Under the pieces are notes generated by a model. It ran no database searches. It was not told the origin of the DNA and saw nothing but the letters and a program-made list of their open reading frames with translations. Positions 17,424-27,322 of a stretch of 64,000 nt of DNA are shown piece after piece (within the stretch, counting starts at the first letter, position 1; each line of letters starts with the position of its first letter). This DNA is from a virus. The position numbers and the translations under genes are program-made. The stretch lies in IMG/VR virus record IMGVR_UViG_3300020152_000021, positions 1-64,000 of that record. The stretch is one strand, 5' to 3'.

Positions 17424-19073
17424 ATGCTTGATAATGCTATCGGTATTGTGGGTGTGGATGGTCACACACCTATATACCAGCCAGATGCACGCTGGACGAT
17501 GTGGAGTATACATGAAATTTACCGTGGTGAAACTGGTAAGAATAAATATATCCCGAAGTTAAGAGACTATGTAATTGAACCTGAAACGGGAGCTACTTGG
17601 ATTGTTACAGATTTAAATAACGTAACCTTTATTCCTGAGTTATCTCCTATTAGTATGAAGAATGAAATTAGCGTAGATGAACTTCTTTCATCTACTGCTG
17701 ATAACTATCGTGTTTACTATGATAAGTCTATCACTCCGTTTACACTTACCGTAGATGGATTTATGAGAACTTATAGTAGTACCGCTAGTTTTGCGAGAAT
17801 CTATAAGGGTCCTTTCATTGATCCTACTAAGATCATTTCTAGACGGTATGACAACAACGGCAACTTTGTCGGACATGACATTCCGTTACAATTGGTCTCG
17901 TTTAATAGTCAGCAAAACTATGCGATTAAGAGTATTCCGACTTGCAATACCGATGTTACTCTGACCGACGGAGAACAATGCACTGTTGTGATATTTGATA
18001 CTGGTGGTAAAGTAATTACTAAATCTAGTTGCATCGTTGATGAAACGACGTTTGTTGCTCAAGCTTACGCAGAACAAAAATATATCACTAACATCTTTAT
18101 TAAGAGTGTCTTCATCACTGACACCAATTCTGATGAAATTAATTATCCGGTTAACTTACCGATTCCTTCTTTCAATCCGATTGGTGTGGTGCAATACAAC
18201 GATGGATCGCAAGTGGAATATCCAGTTGACGGCGATAAGTTTAGACTGTATGGCTTAGATCAATTTGTAAGTACCATTGTTGGACATAAAGTCCCGTTGG
18301 TATTGAGTTATCGTCTTGATAGTAGTGAATCGGCATTAGCGACGATTGAATCGGATAATTACTATGTCACTCGACCGTATAAGTTAGTGGTGAGTAATCC
18401 GAACAGAAGTTACAACGTTAAGCTGTTTGTTTACCCTGTGTGGACAGATGCTATTAACGGTTATACGTATAAAGCATTCTTGATGAATCTGGACAGAAAC
18501 ATTCTGTACGATGTCACGAATGTGATTGCGTTGGCAGCTAATTCCGCTACGTTTAATCCGTTAGCTTACGGTATTACGCAGCGCTTAACGTTTACTGTTG
18601 ATCTCGCAAATGTCTCTGGTATTTACAATCACTTCTTGCATGTACAAACCGTAGATATCATTCTGCGTGGTCCTGCGAACGATCCTAGTGTTACGAATGT
18701 TTGGGAAGTTGGTTCTCAAGTTCCGACAAGTATTCCTTACTTCGGTACTAATCTTCGCGCTGAGCGTGATGGTATTACTTCGACTAAGATTACTATCGGT
18801 AACAACTTAGATACTGTTGAACAGTTTATTACTAAACTTTATAGAACAACTTTACCGTTGTTTAATCCGTTAACAGAATTAGAAGCTCCTGATCCGACGC
18901 ATATCGAGGTTCGTTATTTAACTGAATCTATTATTGTTCCTATCTCTGATTATAATCAACAATTTGTTTTCCCGAATCCTATACCGGCTTATGCTAATAT
19001 CGACGTAGTCTTCCTAAAAGAAACTATTTCTGGTTATCTTAAGCTTAGTATTGCCTCACTTACCGTGAGGTAA
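17424..19073 (+). CDS. Virion structural protein (probably baseplate/tail associated, beta-rich)
   Basis: 549 aa, V/T/Y/P-rich, next to terminase; class-2-like ATTTTTTGA at 17387-17395; AAGGAG SD. Confidence 0.65.
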   Translation: MLDNAIGIVGVDGHTPIYQPDARWTMWSIHEIYRGETGKNKYIPKLRDYVIEPETGATWIVTDLNNVTFIPELSPISMKNEISVDELLSSTADNYRVYYDKSITPFTLTVDGFMRTYSSTASFARIYKGPFIDPTKIISRRYDNNGNFVGHDIPLQLVSFNSQQNYAIKSIPTCNTDVTLTDGEQCTVVIFDTGGKVITKSSCIVDETTFVAQAYAEQKYITNIFIKSVFITDTNSDEINYPVNLPIPSFNPIGVVQYNDGSQVEYPVDGDKFRLYGLDQFVSTIVGHKVPLVLSYRLDSSESALATIESDNYYVTRPYKLVVSNPNRSYNVKLFVYPVWTDAINGYTYKAFLMNLDRNILYDVTNVIALAANSATFNPLAYGITQRLTFTVDLANVSGIYNHFLHVQTVDIILRGPANDPSVTNVWEVGSQVPTSIPYFGTNLRAERDGITSTKITIGNNLDTVEQFITKLYRTTLPLFNPLTELEAPDPTHIEVRYLTESIIVPISDYNQQFVFPNPIPAYANIDVVFLKETISGYLKLSIASLTVR

Positions 19074-19075
19074 AT

Positions 19076-19474
19076 ATGTTACAAGCACTCAAAAACTATT
19101 TATTAAAAAGGATATATAAATTTCTTATCTTTAAAACGGTAGTATTAGATAAAGACACGGTTAGTGCGTATAGCAAAATGGTAGCATTTTGTTCTGTTGA
19201 TATTGAGACTGATAAAGGTCCTTTTACTTTTGTCTTTAAAGAAGATCGAAGAAGAAGAAAAAGAGCAATATTTGGTATTTTTTATATCAACAACTATGTT
19301 ATTGAACTTAATGTACCACAAGGTATAGCGAGCATAGATAAAGTCATTGAAAACAAAATTGTGATCGTCGTAAAGATCATGTTGTTTAAAGTAGACTATA
19401 ATCTGCTAACTGAAGTTCTAACCGATCTTTATTTAGATAAAATTCTCGAATACATTGCAGCCCATGAAGCATAA
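19076..19474 (+). CDS. Hypothetical protein
   Basis: GAGGT SD overlapping the previous stop. Confidence 0.6.
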   Translation: MLQALKNYLLKRIYKFLIFKTVVLDKDTVSAYSKMVAFCSVDIETDKGPFTFVFKEDRRRRKRAIFGIFYINNYVIELNVPQGIASIDKVIENKIVIVVKIMLFKVDYNLLTEVLTDLYLDKILEYIAAHEA

Positions 19475-19496
19475 GCAGAAAAAAGTTAAAGAAGAT

Positions 19497-19526
19497 AGAC
19501 AACCTAGGAGCAATCCTAGGTTGTCT
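19497..19526. terminator. Bidirectional terminator
   Basis: AGACAACCTAGGA-gcaa-TCCTAGGTTGTCT between convergent genes. Confidence 0.85.
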
Positions 19527-19534
19527 TCTTTTAT

Positions 19535-21679
19535 TTAAGTTGCTCGTTTAAGTCTTCGATCTCGATTGATTTGTTCCAACATTTCCTCTACCGAGATGAC
19601 GTTGTTAGAGACATTCAATTCACTTGCAATCTTCTTAATCTTAAGTTCTAATTGCTTAGCGATAATAGGATTATGTTCATCTTTATAATTATCCAGTAAG
19701 GTATTAAACTGACGTTCTAATTCCATGTATTCTTCTTCTTGGTAATCATCATTCGCAGACGAATACTTTTCATCGAGATACACTTTATTCGACTTTAACA
19801 TATTGTACGTATCAATCCCGTACAGATTCAGGTTCTTACCGTGAGTAAGTAACCAGTAGTTTAATAGACTGCAAATGACCAAGTCATCATTCCCACCGTC
19901 AGGGTGATCAATACGATTGTTTTTAATGATCAGTGAAGAGATTTGTGTTACTAATTTCTCGTCATACAAGCAATAGCCAGTGAACTTAAGCATAGAGATA
20001 AGCGTGGTGCTATATAGCTCAGAACGAGAAGTCACGCCAGTGCCAGAAGTCACAAAACCAATATGCTTCTTATACTTAACAAACACAGAATCATCATAGT
20101 AACGAGCTTTAATGATTTCTTCGTATTCTTTCTGATATTGTTCTTTATTCTGGAAGATCGTGTTATATAAACGAGTAAACGGATTGATCTCGTGAGTTAA
20201 CAACTTTTGAATGATGTAATCGATGATACTTGCTGCTGAACTACGACGTTCAATAATCATGGTACTGTTCTCGTATTTCAGTAAGAACGATACAAAGAAG
20301 TCTGCTAATGTAATCAGGTTAATTTCGTTAAAGGTAGCCGTACAAATGATCTCACCGTTCGTATGATCACGTACTACAAATCCAATATCATCTCGTCCTA
20401 CCCCGTCTGAGGTATCCACACCGATGACAAAGTGATGTCCGTTATTCTTTCTCCATTCAACTTCTTCTTTCGGGATATACCAACGAAGTAGATAATTGTA
20501 AGGAGCATAGAATTCCGAGAAAGGTAATTCGACTACATGCTTTTTAATGATCTCGATATATTCTTTCGGGATCGGCGACTTATTAGAACCAGACAACCAT
20601 TGGTTAAAGATATCTCGTTTGATGTTTTCAGGAGTAGAAATGTTCTCTGCTAATTTCTTTTCCAGCCATTCATCGTCATAACCTAACTGACGATAACTTA
20701 ACGTGATGTTAATGATAGGACGCTTGGCTTCATTCTTACCTGCATTCGAATTCTTATAAATTAATTCGTTCAGATCTTTTAAATTTAAAGCATCAAAGAA
20801 ATGCTCATCTAACGTAGTAGCCGCATTAGCAAGTTGGAACACATATTTACCGTCACGGTCATCGGTGTTACCAGCAGTTGTCGCTAAGATAGTCCCGTAA
20901 GGCTTTCCATTGGCTTCTGCCGCAGTACGTGCAGCATTACCCGACATTAGCATCGCACCCATAGCGATAGCGATATTATCAATAAACGCCGCTTCGTCAA
21001 CGAGGTTAATCGGTGAGGTAAAACCACGACCTACTTTTTCAGCTTGCTTAGGGGATGAGGACGACAGCGCGCCTTTAAACGAGTTATTGATCGGTTCCTT
21101 CAAACGGACTTCGTCGGTATTGAAAATATCTTTCTTCGTTGAGAAGTTAAGATACTCAGGTAACTCATCGAATAAATCTTTAACTTTCTTTAACGTTTCA
21201 GCTTTCAGACCTTCCGATTTAGTCAGAAGGTTGATAAACGTATTAGTAGAACCAAAGTTAAGTAAGTATTTAACTAGTTCCATTAACATCGTCGTCTTAC
21301 CGGTCTGACGCAGAATAACGATCAAGACCATGACATGGTTAAAAAAGAACCAATACAACGCAATATTGGCTCGATTTGCTTGGAACATCGTTGGTACTAA
21401 ACTACCAGGAACGGGAATACGAGCGACTTCTCTTAACGCATACCAGAAATTATTTTTACATTCATAAAGGACTTTTGCTTTAATATGGATCGGTAAATTT
21501 TCATCGAAAGGATCGACGTGTTCTAGTTCAGGTTGCAGTAGCGATAAATGGAACGCACAGTTCTTCACACCCATGCGATGATAGATTTCTGCTAGTCTAA
21601 GAAAAGATTCGTTCTTAGTACTGTAGTGAATAATAGCATTTGGGTGCTTATCTACCCAGTCAGATTCAAATAAGATCAT
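19535..21679 (-). CDS. terL: Terminase large subunit (phiKZ gp25-like)
   Basis: Walker A ILRQTGKTT, Walker B LVDEAAF, motif III ATTAG, nuclease GVDTSDG and DHPDGGNDDL; GGGAG SD supports ATG 21679. Confidence 0.92.
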   Translation of the reverse strand: MILFESDWVDKHPNAIIHYSTKNESFLRLAEIYHRMGVKNCAFHLSLLQPELEHVDPFDENLPIHIKAKVLYECKNNFWYALREVARIPVPGSLVPTMFQANRANIALYWFFFNHVMVLIVILRQTGKTTMLMELVKYLLNFGSTNTFINLLTKSEGLKAETLKKVKDLFDELPEYLNFSTKKDIFNTDEVRLKEPINNSFKGALSSSSPKQAEKVGRGFTSPINLVDEAAFIDNIAIAMGAMLMSGNAARTAAEANGKPYGTILATTAGNTDDRDGKYVFQLANAATTLDEHFFDALNLKDLNELIYKNSNAGKNEAKRPIINITLSYRQLGYDDEWLEKKLAENISTPENIKRDIFNQWLSGSNKSPIPKEYIEIIKKHVVELPFSEFYAPYNYLLRWYIPKEEVEWRKNNGHHFVIGVDTSDGVGRDDIGFVVRDHTNGEIICTATFNEINLITLADFFVSFLLKYENSTMIIERRSSAASIIDYIIQKLLTHEINPFTRLYNTIFQNKEQYQKEYEEIIKARYYDDSVFVKYKKHIGFVTSGTGVTSRSELYSTTLISMLKFTGYCLYDEKLVTQISSLIIKNNRIDHPDGGNDDLVICSLLNYWLLTHGKNLNLYGIDTYNMLKSNKVYLDEKYSSANDDYQEEEYMELERQFNTLLDNYKDEHNPIIAKQLELKIKKIASELNVSNNVISVEEMLEQINRDRRLKRAT

Positions 21680-21783
21680 AGTTAATATTCTCCCTATGGT
21701 TATAGGTATAGTCAAATTATCGGAAGAACTAGTGAAATTAAAAAAGACTGGAGTATTTTTTGAATCCAATAAAGGAAAAGGCT

Positions 21784-24700
21784 ATGTTATTACTGCTTAA
21801 TCAGTTTATACTCAAACAAGCTATAAGAAGTCCGTTATATCTTCTTAACCCGACAATCGTTCCTCAGGAGTTAGTTTCCTTACCTAGATTTTCTGTTTTG
21901 CACTATCTTGAAACCAAACAAGAAAATCATTTTCCGGTAAGAGATCTTTATTACTTTAGAAACATCTCTAGTAATAAGAAGATTCCTATCACGCATATCT
22001 TAGATCTGGAAAGTAAAGACGAGACTACTAGTATCGAGAATAAGCTTGCTGCTGCTGAAACTCGGAAGTGGAACCAGTCTAATTTAAAGTACTTCAGACC
22101 AACAGATCTGTTAGAGATTCCTAACACAGACACTAATCTGATTGCTCTTTACAATTACAATCTGCTCAAAGATCTGTATAAATATAAGACCTCTCCGCAG
22201 GCTAACTACTATAAATTCTTCAACTTAAATTATACTTATTGGAATAATGTTCAGAAAGCTATTGTTGCGGATACTGAATCGGTACATTTTGTCTCGATTA
22301 ATCTACCGAACAATATTCCTAATTACAACGTCATTAACGTACTGTTGAAGTTTAATGTTGTTAAACTTAGCCGTGTCATTAGTGACACTGATCTTCTGCA
22401 ACTGTTAGATCTTTACAAATGGTTAACTAGCGACACCAGAGGAAGCTCTACGCTGAAAAACATTTCTGATGAAGATTCTAAGAAAATCATCATTGAGTTC
22501 AAATATAAAGGTCACAGTTGCTTCTTGCCTTTGCATTTGATTCGTTCGATGAGTAAAGATTCTGAGTTAGAATGTGATGTTAAGGTTCCTGACTTAAAGA
22601 TTCAAAAAGTTTTTATCTTGATGGTGCATAAAGTCCAAGACAAGATTAACACTCTGCTTGAACAGAATAAAGAAGACGTAGAGATCAAAGACGATACTGT
22701 TGAAGAACTGTCTGCGCAAATTAAAGCAGAAGATCAAGAAGTCAATGATGATGATGCTCCGACTGATAAAGATGTATTAGATTCCTTACCTGATATTAAT
22801 AGCATCGTTAAGATCGATAACATCGAAGGTATTGAAAAAGACTTGGAAGTTAAAAGCTTCGATAACTTAATTGATACCGAGATTACTCGTTTTGAATCGG
22901 ATAACGAAGAAACCGATAAGCTTTACGAAGAAACTATTCTGAAAGCGGAAAAGGAAGCAGAAGTTGTCACGGAAGAGACTCCTGTTATTGCTAACATTCC
23001 GCCAGAGACTATTGAAACACTTTTAAGTAATAAAACTACGGAAGACCGTTTTAATAAATACATCCAAGAAGCTATAGAGTTTAAGACTCTTACTTCTAGT
23101 GAAATAAGAGCACTTAAGAAGACCAGAGAAGCACGCGTATTACTTAAGTCTCCGTATGATAAAGATACTGCATTAGATATTTCTAAACGTATTACTCCTC
23201 TTGACGTGGAGTTAACTCCGCAAGAGTTAAAACTCAATATCGATAGTAACTTAGTAGAAGACAATTTAAAGAAAGAAGTTATCAACAAGTTCGATAAGAA
23301 GTACATTGATAATGTTCTTAAGAAAGATGTGATCGCTTGTGTTAGTCATTTAGAGAACTCGAATCTGATTATCAAAGACTACACAGTGGAAGAAAATAAG
23401 ACTTCGTTAGGGAACTACGAAGTGCATAAGTTAACGGTGAAGCCTTTCAATGCAAAAGAATCAACGATCTATTTTAGATTACCGAAGATTGACAAAGAAG
23501 GTGAGTTCATTGCATCCGGTATTAAGTATCGTATGCGTAAACAAAGAACCGATCTGCCGATTCGTAAGATCTCTTCTACGAAGGTAGCACTTACTAGTAA
23601 CTATGGTAAGTTGTTTATCTTTAGAACAGAAAAGAAAGCTAACGATCCTTACGAGTATCTGGCTAACTTTATTCGTAACAATTACATCAATGAAGAAGGT
23701 TTAGTTACCAAGATTGTTCCTGGTGGCAGAAATCTCAATCATGTTAACTTACCTAACATCTATCACTATCTAAGCACACAGTTCACTGAAATTCATACAA
23801 CGAAGTTCAGCTTACTGTTGAATTACAATGAAAGACATCATTACATCGGTGAGGGTGTTCTAAAAGACATTGAAAGTAAGAAGTTAACCTTCTGTGGTTA
23901 CTTACCTAATAAGCATATTCTTGTTACTGATTTCTCTGATGTCTTCTATGATTACACGGCTGGCATGACACCTCTGGGTAATATCGAAGAACTGTTGGAA
24001 TTAGACACTACTAAGATTCCTAAACCTTATAGCGCAATTAAACTGCTTGGAGATAACATTCCTCTGGGTATTTGTATGGCGTATTACTTAGGTTTAAGTG
24101 AATTGATTGCTATCACCGGTACACAAGCTACCACGATAGAAAGTAATAAACAGTATAAACCTAACCGTAACGAGATAGTTTTGAAGTTTAGCGACTACAA
24201 GCTTATTCTTACGATACCGAACAAAGAAACTGAATTACTGTTCAATGGTTTCTTCTACTACAAAGACTTTATTAAACAACACTCGATTCGAGAATTTGGT
24301 TATAAAGATATCTATCTGAATTTGTTAGAGTTTAGAGACGGTAGCTTAATCCATATTAAAGAGTTAAATCTTCTCGAAGAGTTATTTTTAGATCCAATCA
24401 CTGTCGATGTTCTAAAGAGTATCAATGAACCGACAGATTATTTTAGACTGTTATTGAGAGCCAATGAACTACTCAGAGATTTCTCTTATCCTGATATTAA
24501 TGACCCTAGCTATTCTCGAATTCGTGGTTACGACCGTATACCTGGGTTAATGTACAAAGCTTTGTCCGAGAGTATCCGTGACTATAAGTTTAAGAATGGT
24601 AATAAGAGTAAAGTAGAACTTGACCCGTATAAGGTTTGGAACTACATTACCCAAGATAGTACTGTTAAGATTACTGAAGATATCAATCCTATTCTGGATG

Positions 24701-26097
24701 TCAAAGAAGCAGAGACGTTAACTCTTTCTGGCTCTGACGGCTTGAATAAAGACGCTACACCGAAGTTATTGAGACGTTACCATAAGAACGATCTCGGATT
24801 GATTTCTGAAGCGACTGTGGATAGCTCTGACGTTGCTTTAAATATTTATCTGACTCCTTTTGCGAAGATCAAGAACGTAAGAGGATTAGTCGATAACAAC
24901 AATGTAGAAAGCCAAGAGAATAAATCGAAAGTGTTTTCGACTTCTGTTCTCTTAGCGCCTATGTCTGAATATGACGATCCCAAGCGTATTAACTTCGTTA
25001 GTATTCAGAACTCACATACCATCTCTTCTCAGGGTTATGCACAACCGATTCTGCGAACAGGTTTTGAATATGTGATGCCTTATAAGGTAGGTAGTTTGTA
25101 TTGTTCTATTGCTAAAGATAGTGGTGAAGTGGTAGAGAAAACTGCCAAGCTTCTCACTGTTAAATATAAGAGTGGAGAAATTGAATCTATTCCTCTGGGT
25201 AATAAATACGGAAGAATGGAAGGTTCGGTTTATCCGCATTCGTTAGTCTCTGATTTGAATGTCGGTACTAAGTTTAAGAAAGACGATTATCTCGTTTACA
25301 ATGAAAACTTCTTCGAGAAAGATTGGTTAGACCCGTCGAAGCTAGTGATGAAATTTGGTAGAAATGTTTCTGTTGCTTTAACGATGAATGAAGAAGTGTT
25401 TGAGGACTCCTCGGCTATTTCTTCGGAACTCAGTAAGCAAATGACGACTACCATTGTAAAGGAAAAGATCTTCGTTATTGAGTTCGGTAAGAATATCATC
25501 AATGTACTACCGGAAGGAACTGCTGTTGATCCTAACACGATTCTGTTTACGGTAGTCGATGAAAATACGGATTACAATAACTTATCGGAGTCCACTATTG
25601 AAATGCTGCAGAGTTTAGCATCACTATCTCCTAAAGCTAAAGTCAATGGTGTTATAGATCGATATGAGGTAAAATATAACGGTGAAACATCCGATATGTC
25701 TCCAAGTATCAAGAAACTAGTTAATAGATTAGATCGATTAACTTATGATGAGACTAAAGGAACGGAATACGAAGTCACAAACAATCGTGTTACTTCTGAA
25801 TATCGTTCTGAAGGCAAAAACCTTCATTTAGATACGTTAGAGTTAAAAGTCTTTATTAAGATTGATATTACTTCTGCTGTCGGTGACAAAGGTGTGTTCG
25901 CTAACCAGATGAAATCAGTTATCTCGGATGTGTATACTTCGACGATAACGACGGAGTCGGGATTACGTGTTGACGCTATGTTTAGTTATAAGGGTATTTT
26001 GAATCGTATTGTGAACAGTCCGATTCTCATGGGTACTACTAACCGATTAGTCAAGCATGTTAGTAAGAAAGTAGCTGATGTGTACTTTGGTAGTTAA
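21784..26097 (+). CDS. Virion RNA polymerase beta subunit, large part (phiKZ gp178-like)
   Basis: About 1440 aa; RKQRTDLPIRK, SEATVDS, DDPKR, FEDSSAIS, VGDKGVFANQMKSVI beta motifs; AAGGA SD before ATG 21784. Confidence 0.88.
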   Translation: MLLLLNQFILKQAIRSPLYLLNPTIVPQELVSLPRFSVLHYLETKQENHFPVRDLYYFRNISSNKKIPITHILDLESKDETTSIENKLAAAETRKWNQSNLKYFRPTDLLEIPNTDTNLIALYNYNLLKDLYKYKTSPQANYYKFFNLNYTYWNNVQKAIVADTESVHFVSINLPNNIPNYNVINVLLKFNVVKLSRVISDTDLLQLLDLYKWLTSDTRGSSTLKNISDEDSKKIIIEFKYKGHSCFLPLHLIRSMSKDSELECDVKVPDLKIQKVFILMVHKVQDKINTLLEQNKEDVEIKDDTVEELSAQIKAEDQEVNDDDAPTDKDVLDSLPDINSIVKIDNIEGIEKDLEVKSFDNLIDTEITRFESDNEETDKLYEETILKAEKEAEVVTEETPVIANIPPETIETLLSNKTTEDRFNKYIQEAIEFKTLTSSEIRALKKTREARVLLKSPYDKDTALDISKRITPLDVELTPQELKLNIDSNLVEDNLKKEVINKFDKKYIDNVLKKDVIACVSHLENSNLIIKDYTVEENKTSLGNYEVHKLTVKPFNAKESTIYFRLPKIDKEGEFIASGIKYRMRKQRTDLPIRKISSTKVALTSNYGKLFIFRTEKKANDPYEYLANFIRNNYINEEGLVTKIVPGGRNLNHVNLPNIYHYLSTQFTEIHTTKFSLLLNYNERHHYIGEGVLKDIESKKLTFCGYLPNKHILVTDFSDVFYDYTAGMTPLGNIEELLELDTTKIPKPYSAIKLLGDNIPLGICMAYYLGLSELIAITGTQATTIESNKQYKPNRNEIVLKFSDYKLILTIPNKETELLFNGFFYYKDFIKQHSIREFGYKDIYLNLLEFRDGSLIHIKELNLLEELFLDPITVDVLKSINEPTDYFRLLLRANELLRDFSYPDINDPSYSRIRGYDRIPGLMYKALSESIRDYKFKNGNKSKVELDPYKVWNYITQDSTVKITEDINPILDVKEAETLTLSGSDGLNKDATPKLLRRYHKNDLGLISEATVDSSDVALNIYLTPFAKIKNVRGLVDNNNVESQENKSKVFSTSVLLAPMSEYDDPKRINFVSIQNSHTISSQGYAQPILRTGFEYVMPYKVGSLYCSIAKDSGEVVEKTAKLLTVKYKSGEIESIPLGNKYGRMEGSVYPHSLVSDLNVGTKFKKDDYLVYNENFFEKDWLDPSKLVMKFGRNVSVALTMNEEVFEDSSAISSELSKQMTTTIVKEKIFVIEFGKNIINVLPEGTAVDPNTILFTVVDENTDYNNLSESTIEMLQSLASLSPKAKVNGVIDRYEVKYNGETSDMSPSIKKLVNRLDRLTYDETKGTEYEVTNNRVTSEYRSEGKNLHLDTLELKVFIKIDITSAVGDKGVFANQMKSVISDVYTSTITTESGLRVDAMFSYKGILNRIVNSPILMGTTNRLVKHVSKKVADVYFGS

Positions 26098-26108
26098 TCG
26101 CTAAATCT

Positions 26109-26137
26109 CCACTCACGGGGTTCGTCCTCGTGAGTGG
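26109..26137 (+). terminator. Terminator-like hairpin
   Basis: CCACTCACGGGG-ttcgt-CCTCGTGAGTGG after the vRNAP gene. Confidence 0.7.
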
Positions 26138-26172
26138 TTGAATTTTTTGATTTTTAATAAAGGAAATTAGAC

Positions 26173-27192
26173 ATGCCAGTCACTTATCCTCTCGACTTAA
26201 CAGGAGTTAGCCCTGCTAACCTTGTAACTAATGAATTACATAGTGTTAACGAAGCCCATTTTAGAGACTACTTCTTTATTGTACCTAACTTTGCTCCGTT
26301 CTATGTAGATAACTTTAAAGCTACTATTACCATTGGTAGTACCACTAGAGATCTCGTTGAAGATGTGGACTTCTCTTTTGCTTTGTCTTATGTCACCGGT
26401 ACGCGTGTGACTGGTAAAGCAATGTATGGAGCGATCACACTTCATAATTTAAACTTGAACGGTATTATTAATCTTCAAGCTTATCAGACTATCGGTGGTG
26501 ATCAAATCGCTGACCGCTTACAAGTTCTGACCCTATTGGCAGATAAAGCCTATAATCCTCGAACGACGATTTGGGATATTCTTACTAATGTTCCGAATGC
26601 CTTGCCGCCTTCTCCTCACTATCAAGACTATGACCAATTTTTCGGTCAAGAAGAAGTAGTGAATGCGTTAGGTCAGATTCGTGACGCGATCATTCAAAAT
26701 TCGTCGTTGACGCAAGATCAAATTGCTCAGTTCTTACAACTGTTAAATGCGGGTAATCTCTCCACCTTCATGAAGAGAACCGGCGACAACATGACTGGAC
26801 CTTTAACTCTATACGGTCCGCCAATCACTGATTTACATGCTGCCACGAAGAAATATGTCGATGATAACACTATCAATTCTGATGAGTTATCGAATTACAT
26901 GTCGCAATATCATAATGCAACGTATGTAGATCAAGCTTTAGGAAATAAAGTCAACAAAGTTGGCGATACGATGACAGGTCATCTGACGTTAAATGCTGAT
27001 CCTATTCAGAATTTACACGCAGCGACTAAAAACTATGTAGATACTACTAAATCAAATCTTGAGTCGCAAATTCAACAAGTCGCTTCTTCTGTTCAAGAAT
27101 TAAGCCAAAACCCTGTGACAAAAGAATATGTCGATAATAAACTCGCTGAAGTATTAGCTTATATTCAATCAGTCGTAATTAATAGAGCGTAA
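26173..27192 (+). CDS. Virion tail/baseplate protein with fibre-type GDxMTG / HAATKxYVD repeats
   Basis: N-terminal YPLDLTG..PANLV..E.H domain shared with 34114-35202; two fibre repeats shared with the next gene. Confidence 0.75.
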   Translation: MPVTYPLDLTGVSPANLVTNELHSVNEAHFRDYFFIVPNFAPFYVDNFKATITIGSTTRDLVEDVDFSFALSYVTGTRVTGKAMYGAITLHNLNLNGIINLQAYQTIGGDQIADRLQVLTLLADKAYNPRTTIWDILTNVPNALPPSPHYQDYDQFFGQEEVVNALGQIRDAIIQNSSLTQDQIAQFLQLLNAGNLSTFMKRTGDNMTGPLTLYGPPITDLHAATKKYVDDNTINSDELSNYMSQYHNATYVDQALGNKVNKVGDTMTGHLTLNADPIQNLHAATKNYVDTTKSNLESQIQQVASSVQELSQNPVTKEYVDNKLAEVLAYIQSVVINRA

Positions 27193-27322
27193 TTAATATA
27201 TTAAGTAGGTATCTTAGAGAATAAAATCTCTTGGAGTAATAGTACCTGGGGTTGTATAGGGAACTAAAGCCTAGTAATAGGAAATACACCATTAGTAATT
27301 TTTTTAACAAAGGAGTTTAGTA

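Noticed and set aside
21680-21783. Apparent overlap of terL and vRNAP starts in the track
   Set aside because: Artefact of upstream TTG starts; SD-supported ATGs at 21679 and 21784 leave a 104-nt divergent promoter gap.
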